Below, piece after piece: positions 18,562-26,884 of a DNA stretch of 36,395 nt. The stretch is from assembly GCA_934169535.1 (NCBI GenBank), contig CAKPOC010000001.1, positions 1-36,395 of the forward strand. The letters are read 5' to 3'. A program made the translations under genes and the position numbers. Below the pieces are notes generated by a model, which was not told the DNA's origin, searched no databases, and saw only the letters and a list, made by a program, of their open reading frames with translations. Source of the DNA: an uncultured Clostridia bacterium (GTDB lineage: Bacteria > Bacillota > Clostridia > TANB77 > CAG-508). How positions within the stretch are numbered: the first letter of the stretch is position 1; each line of letters starts with the position of its first letter.

Positions 18562-19746
18562 TCAAAATACTATTTTTTCTTTCGTACCTATATTTTCTGT
18601 TACTTCATAGGTTACTTCTGTTGTTACTAAGTTTTCGTTTTGTGTGCTTTCCACATATTTTTGTATTAGTTCATATTCTTGAGGAAGCTCTTCCTCAATT
18701 TGTTTTGAAGCATTTTGTTCTCCAATTTGTTTTGCTTCATCTACTGTATATGTCATGCTTTTTTCAATTTTTTCCTTATTAGTTATTTTTATAAACTTTA
18801 TAGGTAAATAGAAGTTTGAAAATAGCTTTACTAATTTTTCCTCTTCTATTGTATCATATTTTTCAAATTTTGAAAGGGTTTTGAATAAATTTATTTCAAA
18901 ATTATTTAATTTTATTTTATACTTTGTTTCTTCGCCTCCCGTAAACTCTTCCTTTGTTGTAGATAGCGCAATTTTTTCAGATTTTGTATACCAAACTTTT
19001 GCCTTTACCTCTCCTTCCGCATGCAAAAACCTAGTCCCCGTATACTTTCCTTCGATCCACCCCGCAATTAAAACGTCTCCTTTGCTTACCATCATACCTG
19101 CTGTAACCTTAGGGATTCCGTTCTTTGCCGAGATTTTTACTATTTGTGCATTTTTATCTGCAACAATATTGCAATAATCATCTTCATTTACAATTTCAGG
19201 CTTACTTTTTGCCTCTACCACCTTTATTTCAGCTTTTGTTCCTTTTATGCTAATTCCTATCCACGAAATGTCATCTCTTTTCAGTCTAACTTCATTAATT
19301 ATTTTTTGAGTATCTATTTTGCCTTTTATGCTTCCTACTTTTACTCCTTTTTCTTTTAAAAATTCTTCTAATTCTGTCTTGTCTATTTTTTCAATTCCTA
19401 CAATATCTACCTTCCATATAAATTGTGATAATGTAACAGAGCTTACAATTAGTATAATAAGTAATGTTATAAAAACTTTTCTTTTTTTGTATTTATATAC
19501 TACAAAAGGAAATCCTCTTTTCTTTACTATCTTTAATTTACATTTAGTACTTTTTGCTATTTTATTTAATTTTTTAAAATCCTTTATGCCTATATTAGTG
19601 TATATTATAGTTGATTTTTCTCTTTTTATATTCCATATAACAATTCCTTCTTTTATACATTTTGTTATAAATTTTTCGGTAAAATAGCCTTCAATTCTTA
19701 TTCTTACATATCCCTGTAAATATTTTAGCAAAATTTTAAAAAGCAT
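18562..19746 (-). CDS. yqfD: Sporulation protein YqfD
   Basis: The N-terminus LLKYLQGYVRIRIEGYFTEKFITKCIKEGIVIWNIKR, a single mid-protein TM (VFITLLIILIVSSVTLSQFIW), the size (394 aa) and the position after yqfC all match YqfD. Confidence 0.88.
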   Translation of the reverse strand: MLFKILLKYLQGYVRIRIEGYFTEKFITKCIKEGIVIWNIKREKSTIIYTNIGIKDFKKLNKIAKSTKCKLKIVKKRGFPFVVYKYKKRKVFITLLIILIVSSVTLSQFIWKVDIVGIEKIDKTELEEFLKEKGVKVGSIKGKIDTQKIINEVRLKRDDISWIGISIKGTKAEIKVVEAKSKPEIVNEDDYCNIVADKNAQIVKISAKNGIPKVTAGMMVSKGDVLIAGWIEGKYTGTRFLHAEGEVKAKVWYTKSEKIALSTTKEEFTGGEETKYKIKLNNFEINLFKTLSKFEKYDTIEEEKLVKLFSNFYLPIKFIKITNKEKIEKSMTYTVDEAKQIGEQNASKQIEEELPQEYELIQKYVESTQNENLVTTEVTYEVTENIGTKEKIVF

Positions 19747-19758
19747 TTTTTCTCCTTC

Positions 19759-20037
19759 CTACTCTATTCTTTCAAAATCTATTGAATCTATTTCTCCTTC
19801 TATTTTTACATCATCACTTGTCATATCATTTAATTTTAAATTGAATCCGCTTATGTTTATAATTCCAAAATACGTTTTTATTCTGATGTATATGTCCTGA
19901 TATTCAAGTACTGACTGATAATTTTCTATTAACATTTGTGACGACCCTTGAATTGTTATTTTTGAAGTGCCACTTGCAACCTCTGTCGGAAGCTCTAAGA
20001 GCCTTGAAAATTTTGTCGGCTTTTGTCTTTTTTTCAT
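19759..20037 (-). CDS. yqfC: Sporulation protein YqfC (YabP/YqfC family)
   Basis: LPTEVASGTSKITIQGSSQMLIENYQSVLEYQDIYIRIKT and VKIEGEIDSIDF are present. The ATG at 20037 follows AGGAGAG. Confidence 0.85.
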   Translation of the reverse strand: MKKRQKPTKFSRLLELPTEVASGTSKITIQGSSQMLIENYQSVLEYQDIYIRIKTYFGIINISGFNLKLNDMTSDDVKIEGEIDSIDFERIE

Positions 20038-20047
20038 AAATTCTCTC

Positions 20048-20881
20048 CTACTTTTCAAATTCATCTATAGATTTAAATTCATATCCTTCTTTTTTTATTT
20101 CTTTTATAACTTCATCTAGAATGTTTGCATTATCTTTTGATGTTGCATGAAGTAGCATTACTTCACCATTATGAAGATTCTCGTAAATTTTTTTCTTTCC
20201 ATATTCCTCTCTTCCTTGCTTATTTTCATCCCAATCATCATAAGCAAATGACCACATTACAGTCGTATATCCTAAAGAATTGCAATATGCTAGCGATTTT
20301 TGGCTGTACTCTCCTTTAGGAGGTCTTAAATATTTCATTTCATAATTAAATTTTTCTTTAACCGCTGTATGTAGATCCATTACTTCACTTTTTATTGTTT
20401 CCAAATCACAACTCGGCATTGACTTATGGCTTACTGTATGATTCCCCAAAATTTGATTATAGTCAAGCATTTTTTGCACAATTTCTGGTGCAGAATTAAT
20501 ATAATGTGCCGTTACAAAAAATACGGCTGTCACTTCATTTTGTTTTAGTACTTCTAATATTTTTTCTGTGTAACCTGCTTCATACCCTAAATCAAATGTT
20601 AAATAAATATATTTTTTGTCTTTGTTTCCTATATATATGCCATTGTTTTCTTCCATTAATTTTATATTTTTACTTCCAAAATCAGGCTGCATATGGTCTT
20701 TTCCTCTGGATACTCCCCATTCTATTTTGCTGCTGCTTAAGCTTGAATCACTAGTAGTTGCTTTTGCTGCAGTTTCAAGTATTTCATTATTCTTAAAATT
20801 TACATATGAAATACTAAATACTAAAATTGCCACACTTGAAACAGTTAATATTTCTCCCAAATATTCTTTTATTTTTTTCAT
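20048..20881 (-). CDS. pdaA: Polysaccharide deacetylase (NodB/CE4), PdaA-like delta-lactam de-N-acetylase
   Basis: YLTFDLGYEAGYTEKILEVLKQNEVTAVFFVTAHYI and LGNHTVSHKSM parallel B. subtilis PdaA. It has an N-terminal signal or anchor and sits next to yqfCD. Confidence 0.8.
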   Translation of the reverse strand: MKKIKEYLGEILTVSSVAILVFSISYVNFKNNEILETAAKATTSDSSLSSSKIEWGVSRGKDHMQPDFGSKNIKLMEENNGIYIGNKDKKYIYLTFDLGYEAGYTEKILEVLKQNEVTAVFFVTAHYINSAPEIVQKMLDYNQILGNHTVSHKSMPSCDLETIKSEVMDLHTAVKEKFNYEMKYLRPPKGEYSQKSLAYCNSLGYTTVMWSFAYDDWDENKQGREEYGKKKIYENLHNGEVMLLHATSKDNANILDEVIKEIKKEGYEFKSIDEFEK

Positions 20882-21052
20882 TAAAAACTCTCCTTTTATT
20901 AAATTCTTTTAATTTTATGAAGAAATTTATTAAGTTATTACTTTTTCATTGTCGCATTTCTTTTATATTTTATCGCTTCTTTTTTTATTTAAATTCAACT
21001 TTTCCACATTTTTTAATATTTTTAGACATAAAAAAAGTTTTTTAATTTTCTC

Positions 21053-21081
21053 TTGACAATATTTTTATTTTGTTTTATAGT
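21053..21081 (+). promoter_or_regulatory. Sigma-A promoter of the histidine kinase gene
   Basis: TTGACA (21053..21058), 17 nt, TATAGT (21076..21081). Confidence 0.6.
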
Positions 21082-21120
21082 ATTATTTATTGGAAATTTT
21101 TGGAATGAGGGGATGTATTA

Positions 21121-22029
21121 ATGAAAAATCAAATTAAATCACTTTTTTCTTTTAGCATTTTTGCTAATTTTTTTAATTATCTGAATAGAAAGAATAAAAT
21201 TATTTTTCTGACCTGTTTTACTTTAGTTTCAATTTTGTCATTAGTTCAAATATATTTAATTGTGCATTATTCTGATGAACTTTCAGTTCATGCGGTCATT
21301 TTTAGTGCATTGTTTTTAGTTGCATGCGTTCTTTTAGGTCTTTGTAGTTTAGCAAAATCTATGAGTTGTACCAAAGCTGCAGTTGATTTAGAACAAGAAA
21401 AATTAAATAACAAAACACTGCAAGTTTTGCATGATAATACAATTGCTTTTAAGCACGATTTTGCAAATATTATGTCTGCAATTGGTGGTTATATAGAAAC
21501 CAATGATATGCCTGGGCTAAAAAATTATTATGACGAGCTTTTTCAAGACTGTAGCCAAGCAAAAAATTTGTGTTTATTATCGCCAGAAGCTATAAACAGT
21601 CCTGCAATATACATTTTACTTGCTAATAAATATTACAAGGCTGATAGTTTAGGAATTAAAACTTATATAGAATGCTTTATAGATTTTAATAATCTTTATA
21701 TGCAAATTTATGAGTTTAGTAGAATTCTTGGAATTTTGCTTGATAATGCAATTGAGGCTGCTTGTGAGTGTGAAGATAAAATTATAAAAATTTCCATATT
21801 AAATGAACCTAACAGAAATAGGCAGGTTTTAACTATTGAGAACACTTACAAAGACAAATCTATTGATTTAGAAAAAATTTACGAAAAAGGATTTTCCACA
21901 AAAAAGAACAATACTGGTCTAGGGTTGTGGGAAGTGAACAAAATAATTCGTAAGAATTCAAATTTAGCACATTATTCAAGTAAAAATTCAGAATTTTTTA
22001 AACAGCAAATCGAAATATATAAAAAATAA
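21121..22029 (+). CDS. Sensor histidine kinase of the AgrC/ComD-like (HPK10, HATPase_c_5) type with a short 2-TM sensor region
   Basis: H-box AFKHDFANIMSAIGGY, N-box ILGILLDNAIEA and G-box TGLGLWEV. There are two clear TM helices in the first 80 aa. SD is GAGGGGATGTATTA ATG. Confidence 0.85.
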   Translation: MKNQIKSLFSFSIFANFFNYLNRKNKIIFLTCFTLVSILSLVQIYLIVHYSDELSVHAVIFSALFLVACVLLGLCSLAKSMSCTKAAVDLEQEKLNNKTLQVLHDNTIAFKHDFANIMSAIGGYIETNDMPGLKNYYDELFQDCSQAKNLCLLSPEAINSPAIYILLANKYYKADSLGIKTYIECFIDFNNLYMQIYEFSRILGILLDNAIEAACECEDKIIKISILNEPNRNRQVLTIENTYKDKSIDLEKIYEKGFSTKKNNTGLGLWEVNKIIRKNSNLAHYSSKNSEFFKQQIEIYKK

Positions 22030-22055
22030 AGAACAGTATATTTAAATACTATTCT
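22030..22055. terminator. Hairpin between the convergent kinase and pseudouridine synthase genes
   Basis: AGAACAGTAT / ATACTATTCT forms a 10-bp stem with one mismatch, overlapping the 3' end of the minus-strand gene. Confidence 0.4.
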
Positions 22056-22734
22056 CTAAACCTTTTAATATTTCCCATGTTTTTTCTATTGGGGGTAGAC
22101 ATTTAAATGTCATTTTTTCTTTGGTAATTGGGTGATCTATTGTAAGCGAGTATGCCCATAGGCATATTTGCTGTCTTTGTCCCCTATTGCCATACTTTTG
22201 GTCTCCATATATTGCATGATCTCTTGATGCAAGTTGCACCCTTATTTGATGGTGCCTTCCTGTGTGCAAATTTATTTTTAAAATTGAAACATTTTTATTT
22301 TTATCATATTTTAAAACTTCATAATCAAGTTCTGCAAATTTAGAATTTTTAGTTCCTTCTTTTACAACTTTGCTCATATTTTTCTTTTCGTTTTTTAGTA
22401 AATAGTCTTGTAGTGTTCCCTTATTACTATGAAAATATCCATTGCAAACTACTAAATATTTTTTCTTAAATACTTTTTCTCTTACCTGCTCACTAAGTCT
22501 TGCTGCTGCTTTTGAAGTTTTAGCAAAAACCATAACTCCTCCAACAGGCCTATCTAATCTGTGAATTAACCCTAAATAAATGTTGCCTGGTTTATTATAC
22601 TTTTCCTTTAAATATTGTTTAATAATCGTTAGCATATCTAAGTCTTCTGTTTTATCTGCTTGTGATGGTATATTTACAGGCTTTTCTACTACAATAATGT
22701 GGTTATCTTCATATATTACATTCAAATTTCCCAT
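22042..22734 (-). CDS. RluA-family pseudouridine synthase
   Basis: VIYEDNHIIVVEKP, the catalytic-Asp block GLIHRLDRPVGGVMVFAKTSKAA, and HTGRHHQIRVQLA. The start ATG overlaps the upstream stop codon (TAATG). Confidence 0.9.
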   Translation of the reverse strand: MGNLNVIYEDNHIIVVEKPVNIPSQADKTEDLDMLTIIKQYLKEKYNKPGNIYLGLIHRLDRPVGGVMVFAKTSKAAARLSEQVREKVFKKKYLVVCNGYFHSNKGTLQDYLLKNEKKNMSKVVKEGTKNSKFAELDYEVLKYDKNKNVSILKINLHTGRHHQIRVQLASRDHAIYGDQKYGNRGQRQQICLWAYSLTIDHPITKEKMTFKCLPPIEKTWEILKGLENSI

Positions 22735-23624
22735 TATTTCACCCACTTTGCATATATTCCACATGGTAAAATCAAACTTGAGCCTGTCATTGGTAATCCT
22801 ATTTCTCCATTTTCAAAATTTTTGTCTTGAAATTTTTTACCTAGTTTATGTTTCATATTCATTTTTAATACATTTTCTAAAACCATACTTGATATTCCAG
22901 TTGTGTATGAATTTATTAAAAAGAATATTGGATTGTCCGAAAGAACTTGCATACATAAATTTATAAGGTCTGTTATGTTTTCTTCAAACTTCCATACTTC
23001 ACCATTTGCGCCTCTTCCATAAGAAGGTGGGTCCATTATTATAGCATCATATTTATGCCCTCTCCTAATTTCCCTGTTTACAAATTTTACAACATCATCT
23101 ACTATGTATCTTACTGGCTTGTCCTTTAGTCCAGAGCTTTCCACGTTTTCTTTAGCCCAAGCGACCATTCCTTTAGAACTATCAACATGGCATACCGAAG
23201 CTCCAGCAGATAAACATGCAACTGTTGCTCCTCCTGTATATGCAAAAAGATTTAAAACTTTTATTTCTCGTTTTTCTTCCTTTACCGCAGTTTTAATTCT
23301 TTCCATCATCCAATCCCAATTAACTGCTTGCTCAGGAAAAATTCCAGTGTGCTTAAAGCCCATTGGTTTTATATTAAATGTTAAATTTTTATATTTTATT
23401 TGCCAACTTGCTGGAAGTTTTGTTTTATTTTCCCAGTGTCCTCCACCTGTTGAACTTCTTGAATATTTGGCATCTGCTTTTTTCCATTTTTCTGAAAATT
23501 GTTTTTCTTTCCAAATTATTTGTGGATCTGGTCTTATTAGAATTTTATTTCCCCATCTTTCTAATTTTTCGCCGTTTGCCATATCTAATATTTCATAATC
23601 TTTCCAATTATCGGCTAATTTCAT
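22734..23624 (-). CDS. Class I SAM-dependent methyltransferase (COG1092 / RlmI-RlmK-like)
   Basis: SAM-binding motif VLNLFAYTGGATVA, DSSKGMVAWAKEN and IIMDPPSYG. It is translationally coupled to the pseudouridine synthase gene. Confidence 0.8.
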   Translation of the reverse strand: MKLADNWKDYEILDMANGEKLERWGNKILIRPDPQIIWKEKQFSEKWKKADAKYSRSSTGGGHWENKTKLPASWQIKYKNLTFNIKPMGFKHTGIFPEQAVNWDWMMERIKTAVKEEKREIKVLNLFAYTGGATVACLSAGASVCHVDSSKGMVAWAKENVESSGLKDKPVRYIVDDVVKFVNREIRRGHKYDAIIMDPPSYGRGANGEVWKFEENITDLINLCMQVLSDNPIFFLINSYTTGISSMVLENVLKMNMKHKLGKKFQDKNFENGEIGLPMTGSSLILPCGIYAKWVK

Positions 23625-23656
23625 TTTATTTCTCCTATTCTTTTACTTCATATTCC

Positions 23657-23685
23657 ATTATACCAGAAAATAAGCATATATACAA
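23657..23685 (-). promoter_or_regulatory. Promoter of the methyltransferase and pseudouridine synthase pair
   Basis: Minus strand: TTGTAT (23685..23680), 17 nt, TGgTATAAT (hexamer 23662..23657). Confidence 0.6.
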
Positions 23686-23730
23686 GAAAAAAAATCTTTG
23701 TCACCAGTTATCAGTACATCACTTTCTTTT

Positions 23731-23928
23731 CTATATTCTTTGCAATATTTCAATAAAAATTTGCAATAGCATATAATCTAATACTATTAGCATACTGCAA
23801 CTTATTATAATTAATGTTATAAATTTATGTTCTTTTATAAAATTTGCAAATTTTCCTTTGCTGTTTTCCACAGTTTCTTCACTGTTTGTAAACGTTGTAC
23901 TTAATATAATATCTTTAGAATATTCCAT
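23731..23928 (-). CDS. Small hypothetical membrane protein, 65 aa
   Basis: The ATG at 23928 lies 6 nt after AGAGGTG. There is a single TM (FITLIIISCSMLIVLDYMLLQIF). No family was recognised. Confidence 0.45.
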   Translation of the reverse strand: MEYSKDIILSTTFTNSEETVENSKGKFANFIKEHKFITLIIISCSMLIVLDYMLLQIFIEILQRI

Positions 23929-24020
23929 AATAACCACCTCTTTTGTTTTTATATTATATTTATATTCTGGTTATTATTAAATATTCTAACTTTCGTATTT
24001 CAAATTCTTTTATTTTTAGA

Positions 24021-25880
24021 CTATCTTCCCAACTCTTCTCTAATTTTCTTTGCTAATTCCAAATTTATTCCTTTAGTTTCGGCAATTTCTTCTATACTTG
24101 CCTCTTTGATTTTTTGAACACTTCCAAATTTTTTCAAAAGCTCTACTTTTTTTACCATTCCAATTCCTGAAATATTATCAAGTTCAGACTTTGTAGTTTC
24201 CTCATCCCTTAATTTTCTATGATAGCCAATTGCAGTATCATGAACTGCATCTTGAAACATAGTTATAGTGTTAAATAATGTTTGCGAAATTTTAAATTCA
24301 TGTCGTTCCTCATCCATTAGTGCACGAGTTTGATGCTTGTCATTTTTAACCATTCCAAAAACAGGAATTTTTATTTTGTCACTTTCTATTAGCTCTATAT
24401 TTTTTTCTTGGCTTACTACTTCAATTTCTTTATTTACATTTTTTATTGCTTGCTTTATTGCTCTTATTTGAGTTATTCCACCATCTGCTAAAATTAAATT
24501 TGGAAGTTCCCCAAATCCACTATTATTTCCATTATTTAATATATTTACTGAATGGCGTAATCTTCTGGTTACTACTTCTTCCATACTTTTAGGGTCATCT
24601 TGACCATACACAGTTTTTATCTTAAATCTTCTTGCTAAGTTCTTTTTTATAACACCATCTTGCATTACACACATTCCTGCTACTTGGTTTGTTCCTGATA
24701 AGTTTGAAATATCAAAGCTTTCTATTTTTCTAGGAAGTACTTCTAAGTTTAGCACTTCTTTAAGCTCTGTTAGTATTCCTATTTTATCTTTTTCTTTATT
24801 TTGCAAAGTCACTTTTGCATTATTTTCAGCCATTTCTACAAATCTTAATTTTTCACCTTTTTGTGGTGTTTTTATTTCTACTTTTCTGTTTGCTACTCCT
24901 GTTAGCCACATTTGTATAGTTTCTTTGTCTTCAATATCTTCTTTTATCATAATTTTATTTGGTAAAATTGTTCTTCCTATATAATACTGTTTAATAAAAC
25001 TTGATAAAATTTCCTTATTCTCTTCGTCTTCTAGTCCTTTAAAAATAAAATGTTCTCTTCCTATCATTTTGCTATTTCTAACATAAAACATCTCTATACA
25101 AACTTCATTGTCTAGCCTTGCAAGGCCTATTACATCTATGTCATTTTCAGAAATATTTGAAACCTTTTGTCTTTGTGAAATTCTTTCTATTGCATATATT
25201 CTATCTCTTAGTTCTTGTGCCTTTTCGTATTCCATTTTTTTAGAAGCTTCAAGCATTTCCTTTTCAAGTTCCTTTTTTAAAGAATCTGTTTTACCTTCAA
25301 GAATTGCTATAATTTCATCTATTTGCTTTTTATATTCTTCCTTAGAAACATATCCCATACAAGGTGCCATACATTTTTTTATATGATAATTTAAGCATGG
25401 CCTATCTTTATATTTAAAACTTCTACATTGTCTTATTTTGTATCTTGATTTTATAAATTCTACCATCTCTTTGGCACTTCCAGCATTTGCATATGGTCCA
25501 AAATATTTTGCACCATCATTTAAAATTCTCCTTGTAATATAGATATCTGGGTAGTCTGCTTTTACATTAATTTTTATATAAGGATATGTCTTATCATCTT
25601 TTAAAAGTACGTTAAATTTAGGCATATTCTTTTTTATTAGATTACACTCTAATATTAAAGCCTCTGCCTCATTGTCACAAACAATATATTCAAAATGGTC
25701 AACCAATGCTACCATGTTTTGAATTCTTTTTGTTTTTTTATTTTTTCTAAAGTATTGCCTTACTCTATTTTTTAAAACTACTGCTTTGCCTACATATATT
25801 ATTTTGTCATTTTTATCGTGCATAATATATACACCTGGCTTTTTAGGTAGTTTTTTTAGTTCTGCTTCTATATCAAACAT
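24021..25880 (-). CDS. uvrC: Excinuclease ABC subunit C
   Basis: GIY-YIG N-terminus (PGVYIMHDKNDKIIYVGKA...LKNRVRQYF), a UVR domain, an Endo-V-like domain and a C-terminal (HhH)2 (ISGIGMVKKVELLKKFGS). Confidence 0.95.
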   Translation of the reverse strand: MFDIEAELKKLPKKPGVYIMHDKNDKIIYVGKAVVLKNRVRQYFRKNKKTKRIQNMVALVDHFEYIVCDNEAEALILECNLIKKNMPKFNVLLKDDKTYPYIKINVKADYPDIYITRRILNDGAKYFGPYANAGSAKEMVEFIKSRYKIRQCRSFKYKDRPCLNYHIKKCMAPCMGYVSKEEYKKQIDEIIAILEGKTDSLKKELEKEMLEASKKMEYEKAQELRDRIYAIERISQRQKVSNISENDIDVIGLARLDNEVCIEMFYVRNSKMIGREHFIFKGLEDEENKEILSSFIKQYYIGRTILPNKIMIKEDIEDKETIQMWLTGVANRKVEIKTPQKGEKLRFVEMAENNAKVTLQNKEKDKIGILTELKEVLNLEVLPRKIESFDISNLSGTNQVAGMCVMQDGVIKKNLARRFKIKTVYGQDDPKSMEEVVTRRLRHSVNILNNGNNSGFGELPNLILADGGITQIRAIKQAIKNVNKEIEVVSQEKNIELIESDKIKIPVFGMVKNDKHQTRALMDEERHEFKISQTLFNTITMFQDAVHDTAIGYHRKLRDEETTKSELDNISGIGMVKKVELLKKFGSVQKIKEASIEEIAETKGINLELAKKIREELGR

Positions 25881-25995
25881 AAAAAATCTCCTTACGCTAC
25901 TATTTTAGCATAAAAGCGCTTTTTTTTCAACATTTGACTTTCGCAAGTATATATGCTATTATATATCTACTTTTTTCTTTATAGGAGGATATTTT

Positions 25996-26109
25996 ATGAT
26001 AAAAAGATCGAGAAACTCACTCTTTCGTGAGCTTCGGTTTGAGTTTATTTTAACAATCATTACCGCAATTGTTTTAATTGCATTAATAATTGTTTTAAAG
26101 CTCTATTAA
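25996..26109 (+). CDS. Unannotated small membrane peptide, 37 aa (MIKRSRNSLFRELRFEFILTIITAIVLIALIIVLKLY)
   Basis: Below the ORF-track cut-off. It has a perfect SD AGGAGG 7 nt upstream of the ATG, a basic N-terminus followed by one TM helix, and a strong hairpin terminator directly downstream. Confidence 0.5.
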   Translation: MIKRSRNSLFRELRFEFILTIITAIVLIALIIVLKLY

Positions 26110-26124
26110 AGCTTCATCTTTTAA

Positions 26125-26155
26125 AAGAACAGCTAAAATTAGCTGTTCTTTTTTA
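26125..26155. terminator. Bidirectional terminator (small ORF / tsaC)
   Basis: Perfect 10-bp stem AAGAACAGCT / AGCTGTTCTT with a 6-nt loop, then TTTTT. The right arm includes the tsaC stop codon. Confidence 0.75.
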
Positions 26156-26747
26156 TTTCGTCCAAAATCTCTTCTAATTTAATTGGCCCCTCTCTAAGTA
26201 TTTTTATTTCATCACTGCTGCAATCCACAATTGTGCTACTTATTCCAAATGAAACATTACCTTCTAGCATTGCATCTATTGTAGGGCACTTTCTTTCTAT
26301 TTCATCTAAGTTTTTTGCCGTTTCTTCTCCGCTTTTGTTTGCACTACTCATAAATATTGGGCTTTCAACTTTTGTTATTAGCTCTTTTATTTCTTCTGAA
26401 GTTGCCATTCTTATTGCAATTGTATTTTTTCCATTTGTTACATATTCTGGGATATTTTCTTTTTTATTTAAAATTAAAGTAATTGGACCTGGCATAAATT
26501 TTTGTATTAATATTTCTTCTCTTTTTCCAACATATGCAATTTGCTTTATTTGATTTTCATCAGCACACATTACAGGAAAAGGCTTTTCTTCTGGTCTGCT
26601 TTTTGCTTTTATTAAATTTTCTTTAGCTTTTTTAGAATTTATTCGTGCACATACTCCATAAACTGTATCAGTTGGTACGCTTATTACTCCGTCATTTTTC
26701 AAAATTTGTGCAAGCTTATTTATACTCTCTTTTCCGTATCTTTCCAT
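26139..26747 (-). CDS. tsaC: L-threonylcarbamoyladenylate synthase (TsaC/YwlC, Sua5/YrdC domain)
   Basis: GVISVPTDTVYGVCA, PGPITLIL, IAIRM and SSANKSGEE are typical of the YrdC fold. Confidence 0.88.
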   Translation of the reverse strand: MERYGKESINKLAQILKNDGVISVPTDTVYGVCARINSKKAKENLIKAKSRPEEKPFPVMCADENQIKQIAYVGKREEILIQKFMPGPITLILNKKENIPEYVTNGKNTIAIRMATSEEIKELITKVESPIFMSSANKSGEETAKNLDEIERKCPTIDAMLEGNVSFGISSTIVDCSSDEIKILREGPIKLEEILDEIKKNS

Positions 26748-26811
26748 AATTTACTCCTCTTCAAAAATTTTAGCACATATACAGCCTCAATTCAATAATT
26801 TTTACCATTTA

Positions 26812-26840
26812 CTTGATACTTTTTTATATTTAGTGTAATA
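26812..26840 (+). promoter_or_regulatory. Promoter of glmS
   Basis: TTGATA (26812..26817), 17 nt, TAATAT (26835..26840). Confidence 0.55.
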
Positions 26841-26884
26841 TTATAAAATAAAGTATAAACTACTTGCATAAAGGAGGTTATTTT

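Noticed and set aside
20827-21045. 72-aa ORF in the pdaA / histidine kinase intergenic region, considered as a possible AgrD-like propeptide for the kinase.
   Set aside because: It has no SD, it begins inside the pdaA coding region on the opposite strand, it lies upstream of the kinase promoter, and its composition is Phe/Leu/Ile junk.
25881-25995. SOS (LexA) box upstream of uvrC.
   Set aside because: I scanned the uvrC upstream region for motifs resembling CGAAC-N4-GTTCG and found nothing better than isolated half-sites.
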